NCBI GenBank assembly: GCA_946537885.1
Contig: CAMNGC010000001.1
Span: 57,897 to 121,896, forward strand
Length of the DNA stretch: 64,000 nucleotides
Direction of reading: 5' to 3'
Source: an uncultured Clostridia bacterium
GTDB lineage: Bacteria; Bacillota; Clostridia; Saccharofermentanales; Saccharofermentanaceae
Part shown: one piece after another, positions 9,856-20,385 of the stretch
How positions within the stretch are numbered: position 1 is the stretch's first letter
Layout of the letters: every line of letters begins with the position of its first letter
The notes under the pieces: generated by a model
What the model was told of the DNA's origin: nothing
Seen by the model: the letters and a program-made list of their open reading frames with translations, nothing else
The model's database searches: none
Made by a program: the position numbers and the translations under genes

Positions 9856-9881
9856 AGTAAGTCTAAGGGAAAATTTTTTAA

Positions 9882-11150
9882 GTGATCAGTTTTGATAACG
9901 TGCATAAGACATACAAATCCGGCGTTGATGCCTTAAAGGGAATCAGCTTCGTGATCGAAGACGGCGAATTTGTATTTATTATCGGCAAATCGGGGTCGGG
10001 CAAATCGACTCTTATGAAATGTATCACATGTGAGGAGGAACCCAGCGAGGGCGTTGTCGCCATAGACGGTTTTGACATCTCATCAATGTCCCGTAAGCTG
10101 GTTCCTGTCTTAAGAAGACAGATAGGTATGATCTATCAGGATTTCAGACTTATCGAATCGAAAACGGTATTTGAGAATATTGCTTTCGCCGGTGAGATAG
10201 TCGGAATCCCGCGCAAGAGCCTGAATCAGACGGTTCAGCTGGTGCTAAATATCGTCGGATTGAAGGACAAAGCGGATTCATATCCCCAGGAACTGTCAGG
10301 CGGCGAGCAGCAGAGAGTGGCGATCGCCCGCGCGATGGTGAACAACCCCAAGATAATCGTCGCTGATGAGCCGACAGGTAATCTTGACCCGGAGACAAGT
10401 GAGAACATAATGGCGTTGCTGCTGGATATCAATAACAGCGGAACAACGGTGGTTGTATGTACCCATGACAGTAATCTTGTCGACCGAATGAAGAAGAGAG
10501 TTATCGAGATCGAGTCAGGTCTTATTGCCCGTGACGAGAAAGACAGCCAATATAAGGGTGATGATTCAAGCAAGCAGATAAAGCCTATCGAAGTCGAGAA
10601 TGTCGGCTTTGCTTTTGGTGACGATCCTGCCTTCGAACACGATAACGACTACAGCGATTCTTTCGATGATGAACACTATGTACCGGCAGCCAAGCCGGAA
10701 GCTTTGGCATTCGGTGATGAGTTGTTGCCGGAGCCTGAACAGAAGGCTGCTCAGCTGCCCGTGATCGGAGACGAGGAAGTTGCCCCGATGCCGACGGAAT
10801 TGCCGGAAACTAATGAAAGCGTTGCGGAGACGGCAGTATCGCAGACGCAGAAGATCCTTTTCGATGATGAGGAGGAAGATGGCGGCGCTGAGGTCGCAGT
10901 GGAAGAGATGATGGCTCAGGAAGCTTCCGTGGTCGAGGAGATACCCATCGAGATGATGGAGAGCGTAACTGACGATCAGGAGAAGGCCGAGAAGGAGCCG
11001 GAGATACTTTTCGGTACCGAAGAGAAGGATAAAGAGGAAGAGCCGGAAAAGCCGCAGGATAATGAACCTGCAGAGGATTCTGAGCAGTGGATGGAGTCCC
11101 TGAAGCTTGAGGACAGCGATATAGATCTTGATATCTCGGAGGACGATTAA
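9882..11150 (+). CDS. ftsE: Cell division ATPase FtsE with long acidic C-terminal extension
   Basis: [39 protein letters not shown]; followed by ftsX. Confidence 0.9.
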   Translation: MISFDNVHKTYKSGVDALKGISFVIEDGEFVFIIGKSGSGKSTLMKCITCEEEPSEGVVAIDGFDISSMSRKLVPVLRRQIGMIYQDFRLIESKTVFENIAFAGEIVGIPRKSLNQTVQLVLNIVGLKDKADSYPQELSGGEQQRVAIARAMVNNPKIIVADEPTGNLDPETSENIMALLLDINNSGTTVVVCTHDSNLVDRMKKRVIEIESGLIARDEKDSQYKGDDSSKQIKPIEVENVGFAFGDDPAFEHDNDYSDSFDDEHYVPAAKPEALAFGDELLPEPEQKAAQLPVIGDEEVAPMPTELPETNESVAETAVSQTQKILFDDEEEDGGAEVAVEEMMAQEASVVEEIPIEMMESVTDDQEKAEKEPEILFGTEEKDKEEEPEKPQDNEPAEDSEQWMESLKLEDSDIDLDISEDD

Positions 11151-12046
11151 TGAGTATTCGTGCTTTTTTCAATTCGGTCAAAGAGGGATTCAAGGGCATT
11201 ATAAGACACCCGCTGGTTACCGTGGCTTCGATCACGACGATCCTTCTTATGCTTATAATCATGAGCGCATTTTTTATCTTCTCGGCAAATGCCAGATTCA
11301 TCATGAAGAAACTGGGGCAGGAACCGCCTATAGAGATCTACATGGAGTTGGGGGTAAGCGAGAAGGATCTGCTGGCGACGGAAAAGCTGATCTCCGAGGA
11401 TCCTGACATCATCAGATATGAGGCAAGGACCCCCGAGGGAAACTATGTATATTTCAAGGACAATCTGGGAGAATCTTCTTCCATATTGGATAACTTTGAT
11501 TATAACAATTATCTGCCCTATACCTTTAATATCCAGATCAGCAATCCCAAACATGCAGATAGCATGGTAACAAGGCTTGAGGCTTATCCCGGCGTAAGCA
11601 AAGTCGATAAAGAGAGCAATGTAATGGATTTCCTGACAGAAGCCAGGAAGATCGTTAATGTGGCGACAGTGGCTTCTTTTGCCGTGTTATTCATAATCTC
11701 ACTTTTTATCATCTCCAATATGGTAAGGATCTCGGTCTATGCAAGAGCAAGTGAGATCGAGATAATGAAATTCGTCGGAGCAACCAATTTCTATATACGA
11801 ATGCCATACATAATCGAGGGCGGTATCGTAGGCCTTATAAGCGCCTTGTGCGCATGGGCGATATCGGTCCTGGTATATAGACAGATATTCTACAGCTCCA
11901 TGAAGAATATCAATCTGGACAGCTTCTATGCGCTCCTGCCTGCCGGCAATGTTATGTGGTGGGTACTGGTGCTTGCGATCCTTATCGGCGTGTTGATCGG
12001 AGCCATCGGAAGCGGCATCTCCGTTCGCAAGTATATCAAGGTGTGA
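11150..12046 (+). CDS. ftsX: Cell division permease FtsX
   Basis: About 4 TM segments, R..EIEIMKFVGATN.YIR.PY..EG motif, downstream of ftsE. Confidence 0.92.
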   Translation: MSIRAFFNSVKEGFKGIIRHPLVTVASITTILLMLIIMSAFFIFSANARFIMKKLGQEPPIEIYMELGVSEKDLLATEKLISEDPDIIRYEARTPEGNYVYFKDNLGESSSILDNFDYNNYLPYTFNIQISNPKHADSMVTRLEAYPGVSKVDKESNVMDFLTEARKIVNVATVASFAVLFIISLFIISNMVRISVYARASEIEIMKFVGATNFYIRMPYIIEGGIVGLISALCAWAISVLVYRQIFYSSMKNINLDSFYALLPAGNVMWWVLVLAILIGVLIGAIGSGISVRKYIKV

Positions 12047-12049
12047 TCT

Positions 12050-13519
12050 ATGAACAGCAGACTTAAGAAAACAATATGTCTTGCGGTAACTACGATCCTG
12101 ACAGGATCGGTCATTGCCATGTCTCTTATCAGGCCATATGATACGGCTGCTGCAGACAGATATTCTCAGATGGTGAGTATCCGTTATGCGAGTCAGGAAG
12201 AATTGGATGAGCGTCGTAATGAGCGCGATGAGGCCATGAGACAGGCCAGTGAAGCGGCCGCCATGGTAAGTTCGCTTACATCTCAGTCGGCGGAATTGAG
12301 CGGAGAACTGGCTGAACTGAATAAACTCGATGAGGAACAGCGTGAGCAGTATGATATGATCGCGGCTCAGTATGCTGCGGCACTGGTGGCCAAGGCTGAT
12401 GCCCTTAACCGTTATGTGCTGGCTCAGGATGAGCTGGAGACGGCGCAGAGAACTTTTGCCGAGAGATTGTCGGTAATGTTTGAATATCAGAACAAATCCA
12501 CTTTGGAGATAATACTCGATTCGGACAGCATCGCAGGCTTCTTTACTAATCTGGAGTTGATCACTTTGATCGCGGATGCCGATGATCAGGCAGTCGACCA
12601 AATGCAGATAGCGCTTGATAATGCCAAGCTGCAGGCTGACACGGCACTGGCGGAGGCTGAAGAGCTGGAAAGAGTTGCTCAGGAAAAGCTTGAAGAACTG
12701 GAAGCCCTGGAGCAGGGAATTGCTCTTACTCAGGCGCAGTTGGACGATATCAATGCATCTCTTGCCAATTGGCGTGACACCCAGAATTCCGCCGCATCCA
12801 TGGTCAGCTATCTTGACGGGGAGATCTCAAGGATTCAGGGCGATATCGCGGCTGAGGAAGAAGCAAGGAGATTAGAACAGGAAAGAGCTCAGCAGGAGGC
12901 ACAAGCTTCCGAGCCGGATCAGACAGAACCTTCGGAGAGCGGTGAGACAACAGAGCCGTCTGAGACAGAGGGGACAGAGGCGACCGACCCTACGGCTGAG
13001 ACCGGCGAGACCAGCGAGACAACGCCGGAGGTTACGGCAACACCTACGCCTACGCCCGTGCCTGAGACAACAACGGATCCGTCTTCCGTTCAGGGAAACG
13101 GTATGCTCTCCTGGCCGCTTTATGTATGGGATTATGTATCATCCGAATTCGGCTACAGATATCATCCTATCTATGGTGACTGGAGAGGTCATAAGGGAAT
13201 GGATATAGCTTCGGGCTTCGGAAACACAGTAGTTGCAGCTGCTTCCGGTACAGTTGTTTATGTTGAATATCCCTGCCCTGATCAGAATACGGGTGGTTCC
13301 GGATACGGTAACTACATCATTATCGACCATGGCAACGGAGTATATACTCTCTATGGTCATCTGCGTCATATCAGTGTTGAGAGCGGTGCTTATGTGTCAA
13401 CGGGTACGGCTATCGGCGAAGTCGGAAGCACCGGAGGATCTTCCGGCGCGCACCTGCACTTTGAAGTAAGAGAAGGCGGCGCTTGGGGTACGGCAGTAAA
13501 CCCGAGACTGTATCTTTGA
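12050..13519 (+). CDS. Secreted coiled-coil/M23 peptidase (EnvC/CwlO-like FtsEX partner)
   Basis: Signal peptide, long coiled coil, Thr/Glu/Pro linker, M23 domain with HKGMD and HLHFEV. Confidence 0.88.
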   Translation: MNSRLKKTICLAVTTILTGSVIAMSLIRPYDTAAADRYSQMVSIRYASQEELDERRNERDEAMRQASEAAAMVSSLTSQSAELSGELAELNKLDEEQREQYDMIAAQYAAALVAKADALNRYVLAQDELETAQRTFAERLSVMFEYQNKSTLEIILDSDSIAGFFTNLELITLIADADDQAVDQMQIALDNAKLQADTALAEAEELERVAQEKLEELEALEQGIALTQAQLDDINASLANWRDTQNSAASMVSYLDGEISRIQGDIAAEEEARRLEQERAQQEAQASEPDQTEPSESGETTEPSETEGTEATDPTAETGETSETTPEVTATPTPTPVPETTTDPSSVQGNGMLSWPLYVWDYVSSEFGYRYHPIYGDWRGHKGMDIASGFGNTVVAAASGTVVYVEYPCPDQNTGGSGYGNYIIIDHGNGVYTLYGHLRHISVESGAYVSTGTAIGEVGSTGGSSGAHLHFEVREGGAWGTAVNPRLYL

Positions 13520-13520
13520 T

Positions 13521-14294
13521 ATGAGTGACGATCTCTATGACATCCTGGCCGACCATTACGACATCCTGCAGGAAGGGATCGATAATGAGAAATGGGCCGC
13601 ATATATAGATAAGCTCGTTAAGCTCTACTGCGAGGCAAGCGGGAGCGGCAGGGACGGTAAGCTTTTGTTGTGTGATCTGGGTTGCGGTACCGGCAGGACG
13701 ACAGTCGAGTTGGCGAGGCGCGGTTATGATGCCATCGGCATTGATCTGTCCGTTAATATGCTGTCTGAGGCGCAGTTTAATTCCGATGAAGCGGGCGTTG
13801 ATGTTTTCTGGGTCAGCGGTGATATCACGGATCTACAATTAGCCGGCGAGGTCGATGTCTTTACTGCCCTGACCGACACCTTGAATCATCTTTATGAGCC
13901 GGGACAGATCGAGAAAGTGATCTGCGCGGCATCTTCCTACATGGCTCCCGGAGCGGTTTTTATCGCGGATATAGGCACCCTTGATCATTATCGAAAAACT
14001 CTCGGCGATAATGTATTCTACGAGGACTACGAGGACCTGACACTTCTCTGGCAGAACAGCTGGGACGGCGAGGTCAGCACTTCCGAGATAACCGTTTTCG
14101 AGACTGAGGATGGCGAGAACTACCGAAGATCCGATACTGAGGCCCACGAGCGATACCATTCGCCCGAGGCGATAAAAGAATTGGCAGAGCGTCACGGCCT
14201 GACGCTTGAGGCGGTACTCGGGGAACTGTCCGATGATCCCCCGACAGATAAAGACGAGAGATATTTTATAGTGTTGAAGAAGGCGGTAAGCTGA
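13521..14294 (+). CDS. Class I SAM-dependent methyltransferase
   Basis: DLGCGTG motif I, GIDLS..ML. Confidence 0.88.
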   Translation: MSDDLYDILADHYDILQEGIDNEKWAAYIDKLVKLYCEASGSGRDGKLLLCDLGCGTGRTTVELARRGYDAIGIDLSVNMLSEAQFNSDEAGVDVFWVSGDITDLQLAGEVDVFTALTDTLNHLYEPGQIEKVICAASSYMAPGAVFIADIGTLDHYRKTLGDNVFYEDYEDLTLLWQNSWDGEVSTSEITVFETEDGENYRRSDTEAHERYHSPEAIKELAERHGLTLEAVLGELSDDPPTDKDERYFIVLKKAVS

Positions 14295-15205
14295 TGAACG
14301 ATAATCCTTATTTTGCACCGGGAATTCCCGAAGATGACAGACTTGATCATATTGTGCGCGCCACGGCTCTTGAGGGGCATGTAAAGGCGCTTGCCATAAG
14401 GACTACGGAGGTGGTTCGTAAGGCGGCGTCGGTCCACGAGACTTCATCGGCGGCGACGGCGGCGCTGGGGCGTTTTATTACCGGTTCACTTCTGCTTGCA
14501 GATAATATGAAGAACCCCGACGACAGCCAAACTACCATCTTAAGATGTGACGGACCGATCGGAGGCATGACCTGCGTATGTGATGCGAACTGTAATGCCA
14601 AGGCTTACGCAAATGTGCCCGATGTCGAGACGAGCTATATAAGGCCCGGCAAGATCAATGTGGCCGAGGCTGTAGGCAAGGGAACATTGACGGTTATAAG
14701 AGACATCGGCCTGCGCGAGCCTTATGTGGGATCGGTAGAGCTGGTAAGCGGCGAGATCGCTGAGGACTTTACCTATTATCTGGCGGCATCCGAGCAGACT
14801 CCATCGGTAGTGGCGCTGGGTGTTTTGATGGAAGGCGGCGAGGTCAAGCACGCCGGCGGCATGATGATCCAGCTGATGCCGGGTGCGACCGAGGAAGATA
14901 TCTCCTACATTGAGGAGCGCGTAAACGGCGGCTTTCCGGAGATCACTTTCCTGCTGGAAGAGGGATTCTCCCCTGCGAAGATATTGGATCTGTTTATCGG
15001 CAACCGCGATCTTGTTTACCTGTCGGGGCGCCCCGCTGCATTTAAGTGTAATTGTTCGCGCGAGAAGATGTCGGAGGGACTTGCGGCTCTGGGCAAGAGT
15101 GACCTGGAAGAGTTGATCGCTTCGGGAGAGACCATTCAGACCGAGTGCCACTTCTGCGGCGCCAAGTACCGCTTCGAGCCGGACGAGCTGAAAGCGTTGC
15201 TGTAA
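14294..15205 (+). CDS. hslO: Hsp33 redox-regulated chaperone
   Basis: SGEIAEDFTYYL..SEQ.PS, CNCS...CHFC zinc site. Confidence 0.95.
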   Translation: MNDNPYFAPGIPEDDRLDHIVRATALEGHVKALAIRTTEVVRKAASVHETSSAATAALGRFITGSLLLADNMKNPDDSQTTILRCDGPIGGMTCVCDANCNAKAYANVPDVETSYIRPGKINVAEAVGKGTLTVIRDIGLREPYVGSVELVSGEIAEDFTYYLAASEQTPSVVALGVLMEGGEVKHAGGMMIQLMPGATEEDISYIEERVNGGFPEITFLLEEGFSPAKILDLFIGNRDLVYLSGRPAAFKCNCSREKMSEGLAALGKSDLEELIASGETIQTECHFCGAKYRFEPDELKALL

Positions 15206-15325
15206 GGCGGCGTGGAGTGCGAGGGATTGATGGATTCGACATTTTTTGTTTTTTTGAAATAGCGTCGAAAAGGCTTGGCTCAGGCCGGCAATGCCAGAGC
15301 TCCGGAGCTTACAGACCTTCTTTCC

Positions 15326-15760
15326 TTACTCCAGCGGCTTCTCGCCGTATTCCTCAAGGAGCTCATTTGTATCAGGAACGGACAGCTTCTTGTTCAGCGC
15401 ATAGATGATGACGCTGTCACGGGAGTCCTTGGAATATAATGTCCCGAGTTCTGCGATCTCGAGCGCCCTTCTCGTCTCATCGAAAGTGAACTCTGCGCCG
15501 ATACACAGCGCGATCAACTTGTCGCGACCGGGCTTACGGGTCCCGGCAGCGATCTGGTATGCATAGATCCTGTCAACATAGCTTCTGGCGATGGCATCCT
15601 TCTTAAGGATCCCCTTCTGCTTCAGCATATAATCGTAGTAGCCGGAGAGCGTTGTCTCGTAGCCGGCAGCCTTCAATTCGTCTAAATATTCCTTAAGCCC
15701 CTTCGTCGATCCGATCTCATTGAGCGCGTCGAGAAGGTCACCTGTTGATCTTTGTGCCAT
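15326..15760 (-). CDS. XRE-like HTH protein
   Basis: GGAGG SD before ATG 15760; Y.YQI..G.RKP.RDKLIALC pattern typical of clostridial XRE-like proteins. Confidence 0.75.
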   Translation of the reverse strand: MAQRSTGDLLDALNEIGSTKGLKEYLDELKAAGYETTLSGYYDYMLKQKGILKKDAIARSYVDRIYAYQIAAGTRKPGRDKLIALCIGAEFTFDETRRALEIAELGTLYSKDSRDSVIIYALNKKLSVPDTNELLEEYGEKPLE

Positions 15761-15900
15761 AACGTTATCCTCCAATAGATATGATACCACTGAGGCCGCG
15801 ATCGGGAACCTTCGCAAGCACGGTTTAATGCAATATTTACACAGATTTAGCAGAGAGCATACCGAAGGGAAAGCGAACGTTGATATACTACGCATATAAG

Positions 15901-15931
15901 ATTCAGAGATGCTCAACAAGCATCTCTGAAT
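15901..15931. other. Strong intergenic hairpin
   Basis: ATTCAGAGATGCT-CAACA-AGCATCTCTGAAT, perfect 13 bp stem. Confidence 0.6.
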
Positions 15932-16301
15932 AAATGATTCTTACTTCCTGTTTGGTTGGCAGTACATTTGAAATTATTACTTCTGAGTGAATAATCTATT
16001 CTATTGTAGGCAGAATGTCTATGAATTGTCCAACTATATATGGCTTTTACACGCCTGACCTGTCCGAGCAAATGCGTAAACAGAGTCTTAGCGGCCATTG
16101 CATTTTCCGGTTGCGCCATTGAGTTGGAAGATAGGGAGTGCAATATTATCGCAACCTTTATCCTCCTTGTAAGATTCGGATTCTTGTTCTGGATGTCGAT
16201 AATAAACGCCACGACTGTTATACTATGAATAACAGATACAGCGTATTAACATGATGCGCTGTATCAATATCTTTTATTACTTTATCGAGGAGGGGAGAAG
16301 T

Positions 16302-18380
16302 ATGATACTGAAGAAACGCAGTTTTCGAAGATGGATGACGCGGGTGATCGTCATGGCAGTTGCCATTTGCATGATTGCATCGCCCTTGTCCATGAGTCAG
16401 AAGACTGTACAGGCAGACGGGTCCGATTACAACACCGATGATGAAGAGCAGATCCAGGCTATCGAATCGTTTGTTACCAGACTTTATGATGTCTGTCTTG
16501 ACAGGCAGCCTGACTACGCAGGGCTTCACGACTGGAGCAGCAAACTTATTGATAAGCAAGCCACGGGTGTCAGTGTTGCTTACGGTTTTGTTTTCTCGAA
16601 TGAGTTCCAGAGCAAGGGCTATTCCAATGAGGAATATATCAAACTGATGTATTCGGCCTTTTTCGGAAGACCGGCAGATCAGGGCGGACTGGATTACTGG
16701 TTGGCGAAAATGAATTCCGGCATGAACCGTGAAGAGCTTTTCGCCGGATTTGCAAATTCAGATGAGTTTTATGCTCTTTGTTCGCAGTATGGCATCGTGC
16801 GCGGAGATTATTTCGTCGGCAAGGATGTAAATCAGACGGCCCAGGTCAATCTCTTTGTTGAGAGACTTTATAATGTAATCCTCGGAAGGTCTTGCGATAA
16901 GGCCGGTATGACAGATTGGACAACTAAGCTTGTCAACAAAACACTTTCCGGTACTGAAGTTGCATATGGTTTTGTTTTCAGTCCGGAGTTTATTGGCAAG
17001 AATCTTTCTAATGATCTTTTTGTAGAGCAACTTTATAGGGCGTTCATGGGAAGAGCATCTGATCCTTCCGGCAAGGCTGACTGGGTTGGGCAGCTTGATT
17101 CCAACTGCTCTCGTGAGAGTGTTTTTAACGGTTTTGCATTGAGTCAGGAGTTTGAAGGCATATGCAGGAATTACGGTATCAATAGAGGCGAAGCTATTGC
17201 TGTTACAGGCCCCGGAACAAGAGGTCCCTCTTCAACCGGAGGCGACGGCAAACTGACGGTTCTTTCTTGGAATGAGGAATTCTCGACTCTTATTGATTTA
17301 TATTATGGAAATAATTACGAGAAAAAGCAGGTTCCATCCAATGAGTATCAGATATATCTGGATGTAGCTTTGGCTTCGGGCGAGAATGCTCCGGATCTCT
17401 TCCTGTGTGACATTGACTATGCTTCCAAGTACATCAATTCGGATTACACAATTGGCGTAAATGATCTTGGTATTTCCGACAGCGAACTCTCACAGATGTT
17501 TAATTATACCCTTCAGTGCGGGCGCGATAACAGCGGAGTGCTTAAGGGCCTTACATGGAATATTAACGTTTCGGGAGTCTTTTACAATAGAAGCCTCGCA
17601 TCTCAGTATCTCGGTGTGTCTAAGCCCGAGGATGTACAAAAGTATTTCGCTACATGGGATTCTTTTTTGTCGACGGCCAGAAACGTTAATTCCGCATCCG
17701 GAGGCAAGGTAAAAGTTATAAGCGGTACAGATGATATTTTCCGCGCTTTTGAAGGTTCATGTACCACGAACTGGACTGTAAATGGTGAAGCCAATGTTGA
17801 TCCCGTCATGCTGGATTATATGGATCTGGCTAAGACGCTCTATGATGAGGATCTTACATTTGATACAGCTCAGTGGACGAATGAATGGCTTGACGGTGGA
17901 AAGAGTAATACTATTCTCTCTTATTGGGGGCCTATGTGGCTGGGCAAGTATTCATTGGAACTCTCAAACTGGGGTCTGGTAAAAGCCCCGACAGCTTCTT
18001 TCTGGGGTGGCAGTTGGATGATGGCATCCATTTATTGCGATGCAAAAACATCGGTTGCCGATATTATGAGAGCTCTTACAATTAATGAGACTAATCTCAG
18101 GGCAATGGCTCGCAACGGAGAGTATGTTAATTCAGCAGCAATAATGTCGGAAATGGCAAATGACAGTAATTATTCTGTCAGCTGGCTCGGCGGACAAAAC
18201 CCGTGCGGAATACTTGCTTCCATAGCCGAGGATATTAACTATAGAAGTTCTTCGGAAAACGATGGAATTGCGCGAATGTTTTTTGTAGATGCAGTTTCGA
18301 GTTATATTCACGGAGAAATAAACAGCAGGTCAAATGCAATCAACTATTATAATAGTCATTATGATAGTTTCACTAATTAG
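16302..18380 (+). CDS. Secreted DUF4214-repeat protein fused to a carbohydrate-type ABC solute-binding domain
   Basis: SD GAGGAGG before ATG 16302; signal peptide; repeated FV.RLY...L.R..D..G..W and F..S.EF units; C-terminal PDLF..D.DY, FYNRS.A, WGGSW. Confidence 0.8.
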   Translation: MILKKRSFRRWMTRVIVMAVAICMIASPLSMSQKTVQADGSDYNTDDEEQIQAIESFVTRLYDVCLDRQPDYAGLHDWSSKLIDKQATGVSVAYGFVFSNEFQSKGYSNEEYIKLMYSAFFGRPADQGGLDYWLAKMNSGMNREELFAGFANSDEFYALCSQYGIVRGDYFVGKDVNQTAQVNLFVERLYNVILGRSCDKAGMTDWTTKLVNKTLSGTEVAYGFVFSPEFIGKNLSNDLFVEQLYRAFMGRASDPSGKADWVGQLDSNCSRESVFNGFALSQEFEGICRNYGINRGEAIAVTGPGTRGPSSTGGDGKLTVLSWNEEFSTLIDLYYGNNYEKKQVPSNEYQIYLDVALASGENAPDLFLCDIDYASKYINSDYTIGVNDLGISDSELSQMFNYTLQCGRDNSGVLKGLTWNINVSGVFYNRSLASQYLGVSKPEDVQKYFATWDSFLSTARNVNSASGGKVKVISGTDDIFRAFEGSCTTNWTVNGEANVDPVMLDYMDLAKTLYDEDLTFDTAQWTNEWLDGGKSNTILSYWGPMWLGKYSLELSNWGLVKAPTASFWGGSWMMASIYCDAKTSVADIMRALTINETNLRAMARNGEYVNSAAIMSEMANDSNYSVSWLGGQNPCGILASIAEDINYRSSSENDGIARMFFVDAVSSYIHGEINSRSNAINYYNSHYDSFTN

Positions 18381-18408
18381 TCTATTATAGTCTAACAGGT
18401 AAACAGCG

Positions 18409-18434
18409 GGGGCAGGAGCGATCCTGCCCCTTTT
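18409..18434 (+). terminator. Terminator
   Basis: GGGGCAGGA-GCGA-TCCTGCCCC-TTTT. Confidence 0.85.
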
Positions 18435-18493
18435 CGATGATCGTAAATATCACCTGCAGGCAGATTTTGCGGCTATGATAATATATTCATATA

Positions 18494-20227
18494 TTGAATT
18501 CGCGAGGGATCATTACGGGCAGCAAGAGAAATTACAAGATACTTCATTCCTATGAAGAGAACGATCAGTATCTCATGATGGATGAGATAAGCGGCGAGCT
18601 GTGTCTCAAAAAGTATCCCGAACATCACGAAGACGCTGTTTATAAATACCTGAAAGAACATAAGAATCCGCATATTCCCGCCGTGATCGACTACGGAACG
18701 GACGAGAAGGGCTTTTATGTTATAGAGGAATATATAAAGGGCAAGACACTGACGCGTTATCTGGAGCAGGATAAGCCGGGACTCAAGGAGAAACGAAGGA
18801 TCTTAGACGAGATCATCGCCGGCATCGAATTCCTGCATTCGGCCAAGCCGCCAATAATCCACAGGGACCTGAAGGCCGACAATATCCTGATCGACAAGAA
18901 AGGCGACGTCTACGTTATCGATTATGATGCGGCCAAGATTTTTAAGTCCGGCTCCACCAAAGATACCGAGCTCATCGGCACCATCGGCATAGCAGCCCCC
19001 GAACAGTACGGTTTCGCCCAGTCTGACCGAAGGACCGACATCTACGCCCTGGGTCTTCTCATCAAAGAGATGTTCCCTGGCGTCTACCGTTACTCGCGAG
19101 TCGTCAAGAAAGCGACCATGTTCGATCCCAAGGACCGCTACGGCGACCTGGCTGAGCTTAAGAAAGACCTGGATTCCGACCGCTATATCCTCGGTTTTTT
19201 CTCTCGAAAAAGTCTTTACATCGCAGGAGCGGTTTTACTTGGGGTGTTGCTGATCTTTGGGTCCATCAAAATTTTCGGCCTGATCGATCGCGCTGATAAG
19301 TCTGTCGAAAAAGCTCCCGAGACGGCCGAGACTGCCCGCTTGGATGATGATCCGATGACGGATAGTCTGGCGGACTCGACTAAGCCGTCCGGCGAAACTC
19401 CCGCAGATGCCACGATCCGCGAGGGCGGAGAAGAGGAAGACGAGTCTGCCGAGGCCGGCTCGGAGGAGAATGCGGCGAGTGCGTCGCCAACGCCGACGCC
19501 TGTTTCCGGGAGGCGAATCAGCAGCACACCTGCACCCACGAGCGGGAGCGCCGGGCCCGATACTGTCCCACAGGGAACCGAGTCTGTGATCAATGTATCT
19601 ACTGCGACGGCAACCGCAACTCCGGTCCCTGCTGCGACTTCTGCGTCTTCCGACGAGAAACTTCCCACCCCGACTCCCACTGCTAAACCGACGCCCCACC
19701 CGACGGGAACGGTGACGCCCAAGCCTACTGTTACACCCAGGCCGACTGTGGCTCCCGCTGCTTCTAACAGTCCCACGCCGACTGCGACAGCTACGCCGAC
19801 CGTGACTTCGGCAGCTACCGCTACTCCGACCTTAACTGCCACGCCGAAGCCGACTGCTACGAATACGCCGACACCTACACCAAGCCCGACGCCGGCAATT
19901 GACGTGCTTGAGGTCTCTGCAAGAGAAATGAGCGGAAGCTTGGCATTTAATAGTAATCATTCCGGGAGTTTGACAGTAACTCCGAATGATGCAGGCTATA
20001 TCGAAGAGGCTCAGATCATTTTCCCCGACGGTGTTACAGTTACGGATGCGAGCGCTAGCGGAGATGACTATATGTGTTCTGTTTCCGGCAATACAATCAG
20101 CATAACGCTCAAGGGTAATGCTCCGCAGGATGAGAAAATAACTATCTCAGTGTTATGGAGTCCTGACGAGCGGATAGAGTCATATCAATTGAGAATGATA
20201 ACTTTTACTCCCGCATTTCCATGGTAA
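18494..20227 (+). CDS. Membrane Hanks-type Ser/Thr protein kinase with Pro/Thr-rich extracellular linker (paralog 1)
   Basis: IIHRDLKADN, IDYDAA, GTIGIAAPEQYG, TDIYALG; one TM segment; TP-rich stalk. Start is uncertain (TTG 18494 or ACG 18515). Confidence 0.9.
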   Translation: MNSRGIITGSKRNYKILHSYEENDQYLMMDEISGELCLKKYPEHHEDAVYKYLKEHKNPHIPAVIDYGTDEKGFYVIEEYIKGKTLTRYLEQDKPGLKEKRRILDEIIAGIEFLHSAKPPIIHRDLKADNILIDKKGDVYVIDYDAAKIFKSGSTKDTELIGTIGIAAPEQYGFAQSDRRTDIYALGLLIKEMFPGVYRYSRVVKKATMFDPKDRYGDLAELKKDLDSDRYILGFFSRKSLYIAGAVLLGVLLIFGSIKIFGLIDRADKSVEKAPETAETARLDDDPMTDSLADSTKPSGETPADATIREGGEEEDESAEAGSEENAASASPTPTPVSGRRISSTPAPTSGSAGPDTVPQGTESVINVSTATATATPVPAATSASSDEKLPTPTPTAKPTPHPTGTVTPKPTVTPRPTVAPAASNSPTPTATATPTVTSAATATPTLTATPKPTATNTPTPTPSPTPAIDVLEVSAREMSGSLAFNSNHSGSLTVTPNDAGYIEEAQIIFPDGVTVTDASASGDDYMCSVSGNTISITLKGNAPQDEKITISVLWSPDERIESYQLRMITFTPAFPW

Positions 20228-20385
20228 AGCGATAATAATTGGTTTTGTTTATTTGGAATGTCGGCTTACTGTTATCCGGAAGAACTAGATTTGATCATCG
20301 AGCTTTATGATGTTTATTCGATACAGTAGCGATGTAGCTGTTCAAACATGTTATATAATATTTACAAAAAACGCGAGGGGCCGTT

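Noticed and set aside
15913-16228. Small ORFs or an AgrD-like peptide in the HTH-DUF4214 intergenic region
   Set aside because: There is no SD-start pairing, no convincing motif and no agrB nearby.
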